Assembly (NCBI GenBank): GCA_048013815.1
Contig: CM106585.1
Location: 13,144,001 to 13,208,000, forward strand
Direction: 5' to 3'
Source: Setoptus koraiensis
Lineage: Eukaryota > Animalia > Arthropoda
DNA: 64,000 bases
The number at the start of each line of letters is the position of its first letter. Within the stretch, counting starts at the first letter, position 1. The translations under genes were made by a program, and so were the position numbers. The notes below the pieces were generated by a model. The model made no database searches. It was given only the letters and a program-made list of their open reading frames with translations, and was not told where the DNA came from. Below, in pieces: positions 12,711-26,500 of the stretch.

Positions 12711-15700
12711 AATCGCGACTCAGCGCGAATTGTGATATTTTGTGATATTGTGTGATACAGACTTAAAAGTCACTTGAACTTGCCGGGCGCGAGCGCGGCA
12801 AGCGAGTCGCCAAAGATACGCGGCACATAACTGAGCGGATCATAATAGCTCACTTGAGTTATCTCTGCGGCAGTGCGCCGTTGATAGTGGATTGCTTTTG
12901 CGTAATCACACGACGCCAGCCAGCCAGCCCGTCGGTGCGGCCCGAGCGACATAGCGGCGCTTTGTGCGGCGCTCGATAGGGGCGCTAGTCGATGGCGCAG
13001 TGGATAGAGGCGCAAGGTGTGCGGCCTTGGCGAGACACCAGCAGCGGGTGTATTAATGTTGTTGTTGGTGGCGTCGGTACAAGATAGCGGGAGTCAGTGA
13101 GACGTGAATAATAAAATGATCATGATCAACCATTTAGATAATAGAATCCCTCTGTGCGCTTCGGTCGCTATACACCCCGTGTAACAGTGTGCGCGTTTGC
13201 AATCTCTCGGCCGGCCCCTGACGCTATCTCTGGCGCGCTGCTCCGGCGAAGAATTGTCAAGTCTCGAGTGACGGCCCGCTTCGACAATATCGATCACAAG
13301 TCGCGATTCGGGGACCAGCTTGCTGTGCCTTGTCCTCTGTCGAACAGAGAATGACGGCCAGAGCGCGAGGTGCGAGCCGAGATTTCTCGCCTTCTCTCGC
13401 TCTTGCTCGCCTTTGCTTGCCTTTTCTCTTTTCACAACTTTGCCCGCTGATGACTATATTTCGAGCCAGTCAATATCTGGCCCCCGTTCGCTGGCTGCAC
13501 ACACTTTTTTCGTTGTGTGTCTCGACGCAATAACACAGTGTCGACACACAAATATAATAATAAAAAAAAAAAACGAAACGAAACGAAAAGAAAAGAAAAG
13601 AAAAAGATAGCGAAATGTCGACAGCGTAGGCTAAAGCAAATACAGCGCAAATATTGTGTCCGTGGCCGCCACTACGCGGCGCGTATATTTCACAAATGCG
13701 CAATATATGAAATAAAATCAATATTACATTATGTATAAATGGATGCATTTTTTTTGTATGACAATCGCCTACATGCCCCTTATATATATTTGCCATACAC
13801 GGCACGCGTTTGGGGCCAGCGACACTCGCGCTTTGCAACACAACGCTTGGCAAGCCAAACAGAACGGATAGCGGCCAATATTATAATTATATATCTATAC
13901 ATACATATATTCAAATCTCCGACGAGTGCTACTCGGCAAATATTATCACACGCGCTTGCTTGCCCCTTTTGGGCCAGCCATTTGTTTGCTGCACAAACAA
14001 CAACTTGTCAGACGACACATCATTGATATCGTTGGTCGCCATTCATGCCGCTCACATCGTCGCCGGGGCCCCATTCATGCCGCTCGCGTCAATGCCGGGG
14101 TTCCATTCAGAGCCGCTGCCTGCTTTATCTGGATCAAATCACAGGTGAGTCACAGGCTCGCGCCTCACACTGCCACCTATAAAGATGCGGCCGCTCGGGC
14201 GCGCGCCGGGCCGGGCCGGGCCGGTTTGTGAGTGCGCCTGTGACCCCTTTCATCGCGCCACTTGACACGCACACATATTGCGCACGTATTATACATGGCT
14301 TGTTGTTTGTCGGGCCAATCAGCCGCACACTTCAGGCTTAAGTGCCCAAGTGTGCGGCTGTACGGGCGACTATACGGGCCGTAGGGGTATACTTCGGGTC
14401 GAGTCACGAGCGGCATAGGCGGACTATGCGAATCACGGGATAGACAGGCGATAATAGCGATCAATCGGTAATTAATTGGATCATCGATTCATTCAAACAC
14501 AAATCAATTAATCAAATTCATTATGAATTATTCACCTGGTCAGCGAGCCGGCAAATGATGCCGTCGGTATATTTATCCGGTTCATTATCCGGTGACCTTT
14601 TGGCTTGCATTTCAACAGAATCTTCGGGGTTCGCTCGGCTGTGTCCTTGGCCCACTTTTCTCGTTCTTGCTCTTGTCGCACTCACATATATTAATATGCG
14701 AATATTTATCAAGCTAACGAGCACCTAGCCAGCGAGACATGTTCGTTAATTTCTGGCTGTGTGCTCCGAATGCTGCCAGCTCAAACGGGGCTCAGCTCAG
14801 CGTGACCATTGATGACTTTGATGCGCGCCTTATTGGGCCAACAATATTCATATTTATCTGGCTTTCGTCTCTGGCAATATACATATATATATATTATCCG
14901 GCTGGCTGTTTATGCGCACGAGTCATGGTGGCAGCAATGTTATAGTCGCAATGTTGTAGTCGCTTCACTGGCTGGCCGGATTTATTTCACTTAGGACAAT
15001 TTCCTCGCTGTTGCGTCTTGGCGTCGGGCCGGCCCGACTCGAGCGCGACCAATGCAAATGCGACCATGTCGGCCCACTAATGGATAATCTTGTCCGCCAG
15101 AGCGAGCCGGCAAGCGAGCGGGACCATTATTTTTGCAAATGATTAACTGCCAACGCAAATGAGTGGACGCTTCTTTTTGGTTTGCTTTTGCCAGCGAAAG
15201 GGGCCGCTTCTTGTGCGCCTCGGTCGGCTCGGTCGGCCCGGTCGCCATAGTCAGTATAGGCCGCTAGTAAGTGGTCCGTGGCAGTGGTTACTTTCCTCTT
15301 GAATTAGAATTAGAGGCTGGCCGGCCGGCTGGCTGGCTGGCTGGACAGCCAGCAAAAAGCTGGCATAAGAGCCGCGGATAATAAATTATTTTGCCTGACA
15401 CACACTGGCATCCGCCTGCTTATTATTCCTCCCCCGCATGTCGCGTCGTGCCCGACGGGCCGCATCGCCGGGCCGGCCGGGCTAGAATCCACCTGAGCTG
15501 CACACATTGGTCTCTGTCCCGCCTTTGCGTTTAGTCGCCTGTCAAGCTAAACGTACGGGCTCTCGAAGCGGCCGCGGCCGCGCCCGCCAGAATCAACCGG
15601 GCGCCTGACAAGCCTTTCGGGGACGAGCTTTTTGGGCCAATTTCACACAAAATTGTGTCGGCCAAGAGTTGTCTGGCCGGCCCGAAAAGCCGCCTAAGAC

Positions 15701-16415
15701 GAGCGCCCCAATAGTGTCAGTGACGAGGCCAAGCGTCGGTCTCACATGACCTACATCATGCGGCCAATCGAGCAAATTGGCAGGCCAGTTTATCCGCGGT
15801 CACACTTGTCGTGTGCGCCGGTCACTCCGGTCACTCTGGTCACTCCGGTCACTCTGGTCACGCCCTTCGGGCGGCATTTGCGGGTCGGCCAATCAAAGCC
15901 CGGACCGCGTGCGGCCCGGCACGAGCTCCTCTTGGCCCATTTGTCAATTTGTTGGCCGCGGCGAGCAATAGCGCGCCGCTAATGGGCGCCTCATCGACAA
16001 CACTAAACAATTAGCAGAGCAACTATACTATAATTATCAATTGTTTGCTGATTAAATTTGTTTGCTCGTGGCGGGCCCGCAGCGAGCTCGTGTGTCTATT
16101 GTGTGACATGAGCGAGCGGCTAAATTATCGCAAAATTTATTGTGCCTAAACACACGACGTTTGGGGCCCACTAAATTGCGATTAGGCCGCCGCGGAGCCG
16201 CAAAATCGCTCTGCAGCAATCGCATTATGCCGGCAAATGCAAACAAGTTGATGTGTGCAAATGGGCACCATTAACATATTATTATAACTTGTTATTATAG
16301 CGATTGAAATTTTTCCAATCCAACGAGTGCATGCCACTGAGATAATTAACGATCGCCGGGCGCTGATTGCGCCAGCCGGCAATTGCGCTCGCCAATCCAA
16401 TCAGCGATATATATA

Positions 16416-16435
16416 TATATATTACGTAATATATA
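16416..16435. promoter_or_regulatory. PAR-bZIP (PDP1/Vrille-type) consensus ATTACGTAAT within a 20-bp palindrome
   Basis: tatatattacgtaatatata. It is one of at least 14 RTTAYGTAAY matches in the window. Function is untested. Confidence 0.35.
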
Positions 16436-19400
16436 AGCCGCTTCATATAATCATTTTGTGTACACTGTAGCGGCTCCATTGGGGCCCCGGACTGTGCAGC
16501 ATCTATTGCGGCAGCAATTCAATCTAATCCAATCAATATCACTTTTGTAATTACAACATAATGATGATGATCGCTATCATTCGCTACAGAGGCCCACAAG
16601 CCCGGCATGACACCAGTTGGCTCGCAACGGCGCCCAGGGGGAGCTGCCGGCCGCGGCCGGATCGTTGTGAGGCGATCGTGCAATTGACGCCGACTGGGAT
16701 ATGTCGAGCCGCAAACAACGACAATCGTATAACTGTTATTTGGCGCCTCATTTCAGCCAAGTGGCCGCTCCAAACAACGAGCGCCCAGTGAGACAACGGA
16801 CACCCAATGAAACCTGGAATTGATGGAATTTTGCTCCAGTTGCGCCACGTTCGCACACAAGTCCGTTGCGCCTCTCGACGGGCCGGTTAGCCCGGCGAAA
16901 TGCGACCGAATGTTGGCCGAGCGTAACGTGAACGGGCTGGCCGCCCAGTTGACCGACTATTTCAGCGACCGTTTCGCCGACTGTTTCACGGTTGTTGTAT
17001 CCAGCCTCGATGGACTCAAAATCGGCAGCGCCGCTAATTAGTGTGTCGATAACAGCAATGTTTTATCTCTCAATTGTTGTCGTGTCGCCGGCGTCGATCA
17101 TCGACGTTTCGTCTGATCCGACGCAACATTTGACGCAACATTTGACGCAACATTTGATGCAACATTTAGCGCGATTCGTGATGCAACGTTGCAGCGCCAC
17201 TGTAACGGAGGGGCGGCGCGCTGACAGCCCGTCGGTGGGCCCGCAAGCAAGCAACGTCTTGTTGTGCTGTAACTATATACTCAAACTAGCGATCGCGAGT
17301 GGCGCTGTTGTGAGGTGCACGAGGCTGCTGAGAGGGGCCTCACGCGAGCCCAACAGCGCAGCAAATGAGATGCAGCAACGAACAAGCGAATGATGCGACG
17401 AGGGGCGCCACTGCGGCCCAACGATATGCCATGCGAGCATGTCAAGCGATTCATATTTACAACTAATCCGTCTCGAAACACTGCCAACGCGGCCTCACCT
17501 TATTGTGACACACAGTACAAATGACACACAGCGCAAAATAACATCGCAAGCAACATTTGGCAAGCTTAATCTGCTGTTTGGGGCCAATGTGCGTCGCGGC
17601 GCCCCCAAAACTTGCCGCTGACAATGCTGGCTGATGCTGGCTCGCACTAGCTGACTAGCTAGACGAAATGCGCCGCTAGACGTGCTCGGTGCTCGGTGCT
17701 CGGTGCACGCTGCATCCCAATGCATATTACTGCATCTGCATATATTGGCTGCACTACTATATGCATACTGCTGCACATCATATTATCCGCACATCATATT
17801 ATCCGCACATCGTATTATCCGCACATCGTATTATCCGTATATTATGTCATGTCTGTGCGCGAGTATATCACCGTATATGCGCGTATATATGTGCGCCTAT
17901 GCGCCCGTGTTTGCCCGCTGTGCCCTCACGTGACAAACATCCACGTCTGACGGCTCCACTGGGGCCCCACTGGCGGCGCCCAGCGACGATAAAATGACGA
18001 CTTTGTTTGATTTCTGTGCAGCGTCTGTGCAGATTTGAAATTAATTTCAAGTTTGTATTGATTTTGATTTTGGCAGCCCCCCCAATTTTGCTCACAATGC
18101 GCACAAAATTGGCGGGCCGGCTTTTGTTGCCAGTTTGGGCTTTTGGCGCGAGTTTGGGCCGACACGAGAGCCTGTGAGAGCTCGTGAGCTGGCCGCGTCA
18201 CGCTGACACGAAACTCATTTGAATAGAAAATGCAGCCTGCAACCGACGACAATCCGCGCGCCGTGCCATACCGATTGGCCCGGCCGCTGCGTTTTGGCGC
18301 CAAATGTGTCTGTATAATTTGTGGCGTCTGTTATGGTTTGGTCGTCGTCGTCGTCGTCGTCGCGTTCATTCACTGCGCCGCTTCAATCTGTCCGTCTTAT
18401 CTGTCACTCTCAATGTCTATCTATCAAGCAAGGTCGCCACTCTAATTCATCACTGTCAGCCAATGTCATCTCTCTCGGCCGTTGCTGTTGCCGTTGTTGT
18501 TGTTGCCGTTGTCGTTGTCGCTGTTGTTGTTGCCGTTGTCGTTGTCGCTGTCGTTACGTAATCAGCTATGATCCGGCGATCATTCACTCCCTTGCGTGAG
18601 CCGCTGGAATGTTTCATTTGTCTGTCTGTCCGTCCGTCCGTCCGTGTAGCCAGAGTGTGTAGCCAGAGTGTGTAGCCAGAGTGTGTAGTCGGTGTGTGTA
18701 GTCGGTGTGCGCTAGGCGGCGGGCGCTAGGCGGCGCGCAGCCAGTGTTTTAGTTCGTGCAGCCGGCCGCACAACTGGCCACAAACTAGCGAAATACACGT
18801 GCAGCTTGTTGATAACATCTCATTGCGTCATCGTATAGCCAGTGATGAGATGCTCGTCTTGTCGTCTGGCTGTCTGGCGGCGGCGCGAGTTTATATTAAC
18901 TTGCCAGACTCGCCAGACTCGCCAGACTTGCCAGACTCGCCAGACCCGCCGAACCCGATAGACGCGCCGGCGACGGGCAGCGGCGCGGGGCCCGCGAGAT
19001 AAATGGCAATGTGTCGGCGTCACTTGACTGTCTCCAGTTGTCGTGCCGGAGACTCGCCGCCGAAGAGACGCGCACACAGCGAGCGAGCGGCCGAGATGAG
19101 TTGTTTGTCGAGGGGCTCCCTCTACACCCGGCCCGCTCGCTTACGGAACCAGATGATTGCTTTGTTGCAATTTGTGCGCACACACAATGGTACTCTGGCA
19201 GTTTAGTAGTGTACTTTGACACATAGAGGGCCCGGCAATTTGCATATCGTGCTCTCTGTTTGCTATTCGTCGTGTTGCGTTGTCCGTCAAGCCGTTCTTT
19301 TCAGCCACTCGCAGTGTGTGTGTGTGTGTGTGTGTGTCTGTGTGTGTGTGTGTCTGTGTGTGCGTGTGTGTGTGTGTTCTGCACGTGCAAACTCGTATGA

Positions 19401-19915
19401 GATGTGAGTGCGTGCTGGCTGGGCGGCGCGACAACTGCAGTCATACGTCTACAGACAGATACGGATATATGTGCAGTTATACATTACATGGTGTGTCAGA
19501 TAGAGGGCGGGCCCATCTATCTCAGTCGAGCCGGTGGGCGCCTGAGCGATGGCCGTCGGATCGCCGCCGGATCGTCGTCGGATTGCCGTCGGATCGCATG
19601 CGGGTGACATGCGGATCGCACAGTGAAATACGGTCAGCTCGCACAGACAATGTATCACTCTGTCATGTATCACTCCGAGGCTCAGAGTCTGAGCATTAAT
19701 GCATCGATAGATGGCACACAAATGGTCGCCGGCCTCGCGTTTGAGGCCCATCAAACGAACACTTGATAGCGCCCAAACAGCAACGACAATTGGCTTCACG
19801 CCTCTGCCTCTCAATGATATATAATTAGCTGGGTGTCCGCGTGCTCACCGCGTGCACCGTTAGCGGCCAGTTGCGCAATTGTGCGCACTTGTCGTTGGCG
19901 TTGTTGCTGCTGCTA

Positions 19916-19928
19916 CAACAACAACAGC

Positions 19929-20013
<85 letters not shown>

Positions 20014-20053
20014 GCAACAACAGCAACAGCAACAACGACAGCAACAGCAACAG
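19916..20053 (+). repeat. (CAA)n microsatellite with CAG/CGA variants, about 46 units
   Basis: Directly visible; the longest near-pure triplet tract in the window. Confidence 0.97.
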
Positions 20054-20496
20054 CGGCGGCGGTACAAGCTAGGCGGCGAGTCGCAAGGTGAACCAGTGAA
20101 GGCTTGTCGGTCGCCATGGCGACCCCCTGGCGGCGGGCCCGCTCGTAACGGGCACACGCAACAACTACCGCGCGCGCGACATCTTACGCAAAGCCGCACA
20201 AACGATGCTCGCCACAGTCTTGCCACTGCCCTGGCCAAGGGGCCCCATTGGCCCCATCGGCCCACGATGCACTTGCCAGAGACCGCATTTGCTGCCCTTG
20301 GCGCTATCTGCCGACCCCCGACGCCCCTAATGGCGCCGCTACACGCAACACAAAGCAACACAATGCACCGCCAGGCGGCCGTTGCACTGGCGTCGAGCAC
20401 GTAGCACTATTATGTAATATTCACCATGAATATTATATAATAATATTTCATGAACATCTCTGTCGATTCTGCCTCACAACTTGTCAGATAAACCTC

Positions 20497-20594
20497 TGCA
20501 AGTTACACTGTGCAAGTTACGCTGTGCAAGTTACGCTGTGCAAGTTACATTGTGCAAGTTACGCTGTGCAAGTTACACTGTGCAAGTTACACTG
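20497..20594. repeat. 14-bp minisatellite tgcaagttacRctg x7
   Basis: Directly visible. Confidence 0.95.
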
Positions 20595-21010
20595 TGCAAT
20601 ATAACTTGTGGGGGCCCCGCGCACAGGCGACATCCAATAGAAGCGGATTATCGCAACAATAATATTGTTCAAGTTGCAATTATAAAGAGCTGGCAGCCGG
20701 GCATCAATCGACGCAACTCGCATACTAATCAACCGGACCCACGCACATTGTTCCCATTTCGATCTCAAGCTTGCCAAAGAATTAAACAATGCGACGACGC
20801 TTCCGTCCGCGCGCCCTTGTCCGCCCGCGCACCCTTGTGCAGCGATGGCTAGCACGAGAAATGTCCCCCAAGTATATCTACATGCTATAGACGGGGCACG
20901 TCAATGCAACCCGTGCAGGCGACTTCATCGAGCCGCTGGATACAAGCTGCATATGGGCTGAATGAAACGTCAACCAATCTTGTTCGGCCGAGCCATCGTC
21001 GGCGGCGACC

Positions 21011-21195
21011 AATCAGCACATGACAGAAATAGCCCGCGAATAGACCCCGATATCCACAAATATTCGTTTCTTGTGTCGGTCAACCATAATCCAGTCGATA
21101 TCACGATCATTTGGCTTTGCGTTATTTTGATTGGGGCCAACGAAATCGATATCAGAGTGACCGCTTTTCAGCGAGCTGCAAGCGAAAAAATTCAA
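21011..21195 (-). pseudogene. LINE (RTE/CR1-like) apurinic endonuclease C-terminal remnant
   Basis: IDWIMVDRHKKRIFVDIGVYSRAIS is followed by tct g-t cat gtg ctg att, which reads SDHVLI if one A is restored. It aligns without gaps up to the A with the APE motif IDHILIDRxxxxxILDVRVYRGA..SDH. It lies in an AT-richer island. Confidence 0.5.
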
Positions 21196-22085
21196 CGCAA
21201 TGTCAATGACACTATGGGTGACACTATTTTTTCGGTCATTCGCAGCATCTCATTTCGGACACAACAATCAAGCGACGTTGATTGTTGATAAAATGTAAAA
21301 TGATGGTAAAATGGAATTTCTAATTCTGGTTTTTATTTGAAAATGTCGAAGGAGATTGAAGAGCGCGGAAATTGGGGCAAATTGTTGCAGGCTGCATGCG
21401 AAAGAAGCTTTCTGGCATCAGTAAATTGCTGGCCGAAAATTGTTATACAAAGAGGGTTAACTTGTGTTTAATGTTTAATTTTCGGCCCAATACGGCCGAA
21501 AATCTGCGTTTTTGGCCGTATTGGGCAACAAATTTCGTAACAAGTATCGTACGGCAGCCGGCAAAGTTTCGGGGCTCCGTCTAGACTAATTTTGACTCAT
21601 ACACTGTTACTTATGAGTCTGTTCTCGGGCGATGTTTGCCCCTGTCGTGAGTTAGTCACTGTTCCGGCTAATAATGCATCAATTCTGGCGTATCGATCCA
21701 TATCGCGATTCCCTGATTTTCTCCGATTTCCTGGATTATGGCAGATCTGGGGATATTTCGCCCTTCAAATGTGTCGCTGTAGCTGTGAAGCATTCAGTCG
21801 CTGAACTTAAGCGCAAAACTTGTCGCTAGCTGCCCTTCGCAAATCTCATCTCATCCCCGAGTCTCAAAATTAAATGTGAAAAGTATAAATATTTGAATAA
21901 GAACGATAATGATGCTGCTGTGTTTCGATATCATAATAGATTAGCAAGTTGCAAGGTGGCCAGCAACAAGAATAGACAGAAATAGATGATAGTTGACTCG
22001 CACTTAAGACCACAGTCAGTCAGATAAAATGGGCCGGCAAGGTAATACAAAAACTAGGTAATACAAAATAAACTTGCGCCAGTCT

Positions 22086-22185
22086 CAGCATGCTCAGCAT
22101 TGTTTGTTGCGAGAAGCTCTATAATGGCAAGTGCGAAAAAACTTGAGCCGATTATCCTATTTCTGGGAAGCTGTCAGTTTTAGCA
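22086..22185 (-). pseudogene. hAT C-terminal dimerisation-domain remnant
   Basis: KTDSFPEIG*SAQVFSHLPL*SFSQQTMLSML aligns without gaps to FPxLxKLAQxLLxLPxSxASxERSFSxL. The two stops (TAA, TAG) and Q/T are each one base from K, S, E and R. Confidence 0.55.
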
Positions 22186-23491
22186 TGAAAATCTCGAATT
22201 GAGATATTTATGATTTGCAATGAGCATGCAATATCGGATTGAGTTTTCATGGGCTTCAACTGGCGTTTTGCGCAAATGTGCCAAGTCAGCCAGACTCTGG
22301 CTGCCAGAGTGACTCTCGGGATGGCTCAATCGTTATCGTTTGGGTCATTTAAATATATGCTTTCGCGCTTTGGCGTGCCCGAAATAGAATGCATTGCAAC
22401 TCGCATTATTTGCAACTTGCTCCACACACACACGCACGCACACTCACACACGCACACGCACGTCAGCGTGGCGAGCTCATCTTGGGCGCGTCCCGATCGG
22501 CCGGCCCGTTGGGGCCCGTGGGGGCCCATGGGGCCGGGGAGGCCATTGGTGGCGCAGTGAGCAGCTACATCGAGCTGCCAACAATCCGACAGCGGCACCG
22601 TCGTCTCAGCTGCTGATGATGTTGTTGATGTTGTTGATGTTGTTGCTGCTGTTGTTTCTGTTGGTGCCGTTGTTGCTGTTGTTGCTGCTGCTGTTGCCGT
22701 TGTTGCTGTTGTTGTTGTTGTGGCAGAGCGGCGAGCCCTATAGCCCCTTCATACATATTTAATTGTTTGCAAGCCAACATTTAAATTCGTTCCAAGTTCG
22801 AGCACACGACTGGCGCCAACAACAACAACTTGCATCCCAACAACTCATGCATCTTGTCGGAGGGCGCACGCGCAAGGAGGGGCCACAATGGGTTTGACCC
22901 GCGGCCAAATAATCACATTCTGGTTGCGCTGCCTTTCGGGGCCCCATTCGTTGGTGCTTGTGCGGCCCCCTTTCGGCTTGTGCGGCCCATTCGGCTGACA
23001 TGGCCCATTCGGCCGCGCGCGGCCCATTCGGCGTATATGGCCCGTGCTCGGCCGCGCGCGGCCATAAACGGTGCGGACTTGGGGCCCCATTGTCAGTTTG
23101 GGGCGTGTGTCGTGTGTGTGGCAGCGGCAGCAGCAGCAGTGTGTTATAACAGTGTTATGCAATTGTTGTGCTCGTGTGCCCACCGACTGACTGGGGCCCC
23201 GCGAGCGCGGGCTTGTGCAAAAACAATGCGCGCATTGGCGGGCACAAATAAAGCATTAGCCGGGCCAACAATGGCCAGCGACATGGACATTATACCGTCG
23301 CGCACCATATTAATATTTGCCGGCCATGCCTAATATGTCAGCTAATTTGTCCACTGTTACCTGGCCGCTGTCCGCCGTTGGCCGCTGTCCGCTGTTGGCC
23401 GCCGGCCGCTGGCCGGGCCGGCCAAACAATGGGCACCAAAAGAAAGGCGGCGACAAGTAGCGACTGCTAACACTGCTAATTCCACCAATGC

Positions 23492-23522
<31 letters not shown>

Positions 23523-26500
23523 GAAGACGCCGAAGAGCGCAAGTTACGCAACTCAAGCGCCTCACTAGGCCTATTGTGCCCATTCTCTCATGCAATTTCC
23601 GGCCCGCTCGCCGCCCGTTCCGACAGGTGTCACGCCTCTCGCGTTCGACACAATCCGTAGTGGGCTGCAGTGGGCGCCACAAAGCGGCACCGATGATGCC
23701 GACCGGCCCGGCGGAATTGTTGTTGCATGCAACAACAAACCGGCCAATTGGCGATGCCAGCAGCCAAATAAACACACACACGCACGCCGTAGCTGGTGCG
23801 GCACGGCGAGCAAATTAACGGTGAGTGACCTCGCCGGTGCGCACCGTGCCAACCGACGGCGGCCACTCTGGCCACTCGGTGACACAATTTCAGCAAATTA
23901 CATTATATAATTAGCAAACTGTGTGTGTTTGCCACTTATTGTTGTTGCCACTTGTTTACGGGCCGGCCCGCGTCTTGCCCGCGCTTGCCGCGGGCCGCCC
24001 ACGCACCACTTACGGTTGTCGCCCGTGACCGACAATTGCGCTCACATTGAGCCGACACACACAAATTTGCCGGCCCGACACACGCAACTCGCCGGCCCGG
24101 CGCGATGCCGGTGATAGCCCGTGACTGTGTCATTTACAATCATTATTTGTCATCATGTCATTGCGGCCAATTAGAGTGCTCGCTGCGCAACGCGCACTGT
24201 CTTGGCGTTTGTCATCGCTGGCTGCGTCGCGGGCGAGTCCGCTTATTAGTCGCCCCCCGAACGTAAGCGAACCCCAACTTCGTAGCCCAGGGGAGTGCCG
24301 CCGCGCCGGCCGTGTATCCCGACTGGAGACCCGAGACCCATTGTGTGTGTGACATAATGAAACGGCCAAACAAGTTGCCGTCGTCAACAAGAAGACGAGG
24401 CGGCGTCTAACGAGCAATTTGCCCGGCGCTGGAGCCCCATGATTGGCTTCAAGCGAAACGCAAAAAACGCATCGCAACTTTGGCATCCAGAATACTTTTG
24501 ATTAGGAAAAAAACCATAATTGTCAATAACGGATCCCCATTCGGGGTGACACTTGTATTGGCATTGTGTTTGGCATTCGTTTGTGTGTGTTGGGGGCTTT
24601 TTCGGCGCGCTCGAACTCGGCTCGAACGCGGCCGCGGCTCGAGGGAGCAGGACTTTTGGCGACGGCACCAGAAGGCACGCACTGTTCAGCTAACCAGCCG
24701 CTGGTTGACATACCGGCCGCTAGGCCGCGCTGCTTCGTTTCAATTAAAAAGGCGTCGCTGGCGCCGAGATGGGCCTGGCCGGCCCGCTGGCCCGCTTGCT
24801 GGTAATGGCTTGTGTCGATGATGACGTTGTTGTTGCTGCTGTTGTTGCCGTTGTTGTTGTTGTTTGTAATTGCGAGCGGGCCAAACTGGCGGCCCATGTA
24901 ATCAAATGTTCGCCAGTTATTAGTTATATGTTTGGCCGGTGGGCTGGCTGGCCCCCTTTCGCTATCTGGATATCTCATGATCGGCGGCGGCGGCGGCGAT
25001 CAGCTCGCCGAGATAAGATAGAATAGATAAATGAAATATAGTAAGTGATCCTAAGTGATGTTGGGCCATAAGTTGCTGGCCCGTTGGCGCGCCCCGCGCG
25101 GCCCACCGACCAAACCAATTGGATTGGGTGGCCAAGTGTGAGCAAAGCGGCGAAATAAATTACGCTTGTATCGCGCATAGCGATCCCTCTCAGCCCCCCC
25201 CCTCCAGCCCGGCCCCAGAATATATCGATATATCTGGAAATAGAAACAAAGTCAACAGATAATCGACATATAATTCTATGATGCCCATCGCAAATATCCC
25301 CGCCAGACTGGAGCGGATAGTTGGCCGCTGGTCGGCCGGGCCGGGCCGGCTCGGCTCAGCGTAGATTGCGACTGCCGATTGCGAGCGCGGCCGATTGAGT
25401 GATGCGAGTGAGCACACACACACACACACACACACACACAGCCATTAGTGAATTAAGTTAAATGAACGACGATCACGACGCCGAGTACAAGTGGCGCCAC
25501 AAAGGAGCACCACACACGGATTCGGGCACAAGCGGCCCAAACTAATCATTACGTAATCAAGAGAAGAAAAATGGGGCCTCCTCCGGCTGGGGGCTGGCAG
25601 CGGGCCGAGGGGCCCGAGAAGCGAGCGCGAGAAGCGAGCGCAAGAGGCGAGCGCGAGAAGCGAGCCCGAGAAGCGAGCGCGCCTAAGAACGCGAACGAGA
25701 GGATACAAACAACACATAGACAAACAAGAAAAAGAGCGGGGGCGAAAGTAAACTTCCGATGAAGACTGTGGGGCCTCGCTGGCAAGCTAACGATCGTCGG
25801 CGGCTCATCACGGCTGGTGCAAAGGGGACGCGCACACACACACACACACACAGTGATTAAAATGGACACACACAAACTCCTCATGTTGTTACGCTCAATT
25901 GGACCAGAGTATCCGATGTGTATTGGCAATCAGCGATATTTATTTGTGCCCCCGCTAATGCGAGCCGCTGCCGTTGTCGTTGTCGTTGTTGTTGTCGTTG
26001 TCGTCGTCGTTGTTGCTGCTGCCGTTGTCGTTGTTGCTGTCGTTGTTGCTGTCGTTGTTGTCGTTGTCGTCGTCGTCGTCGAGAGGCGCTGCGAGGCACG
26101 TCTTTCATACATGTTGTCCGTGCCCGGCATGCATTGCATAAACTTATGCACTTGTGAGTCGCGAACGCCTCTAGGTCAAGAGTTTGGCGACTCGCTGTCG
26201 TCTGTCGTTGTGGCAGGCATTGGTTACTAACATGATGTTGGTCACGTGACAGATACGTAGATCGTGCCAATGCGACTGTCGTCACAAGTGCGCGGTGCCC
26301 CCTCTCGCCCCAATAAAGGCCAGCCAGAATAAACATAAACACGTGTGTGCGTATGATACATGAGATGAAGAGAGAGCGCCCGGGCCGCGCAGTCAGACGC
26401 GGGCCCCAGCTCCAAATTCAGTCAAATCGCGGGGCCCCAGCTCCAAATTCAGTCAAATCGTTTCGGCCGACGGTGCGCGATTGCCGAGAAACGGCAAGCG

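Noticed and set aside
13154-13354. ORF containing FDNIDH as a reverse-transcriptase motif
   Set aside because: Single 6-aa match without the preceding DxxKA context or any other RT motif.
19833-20404. PolyQ/N/T/V/C ORFs here and at other CAA/GTT tracts (for example 25817-26342, 40387-40773)
   Set aside because: Open only because these triplets are stop-free in all frames; no protein-like flanks.
25220-25233. DRE (TATCGATA) palindrome as a promoter
   Set aside because: Isolated 8-mer with no nearby gene start; about one is expected by chance.
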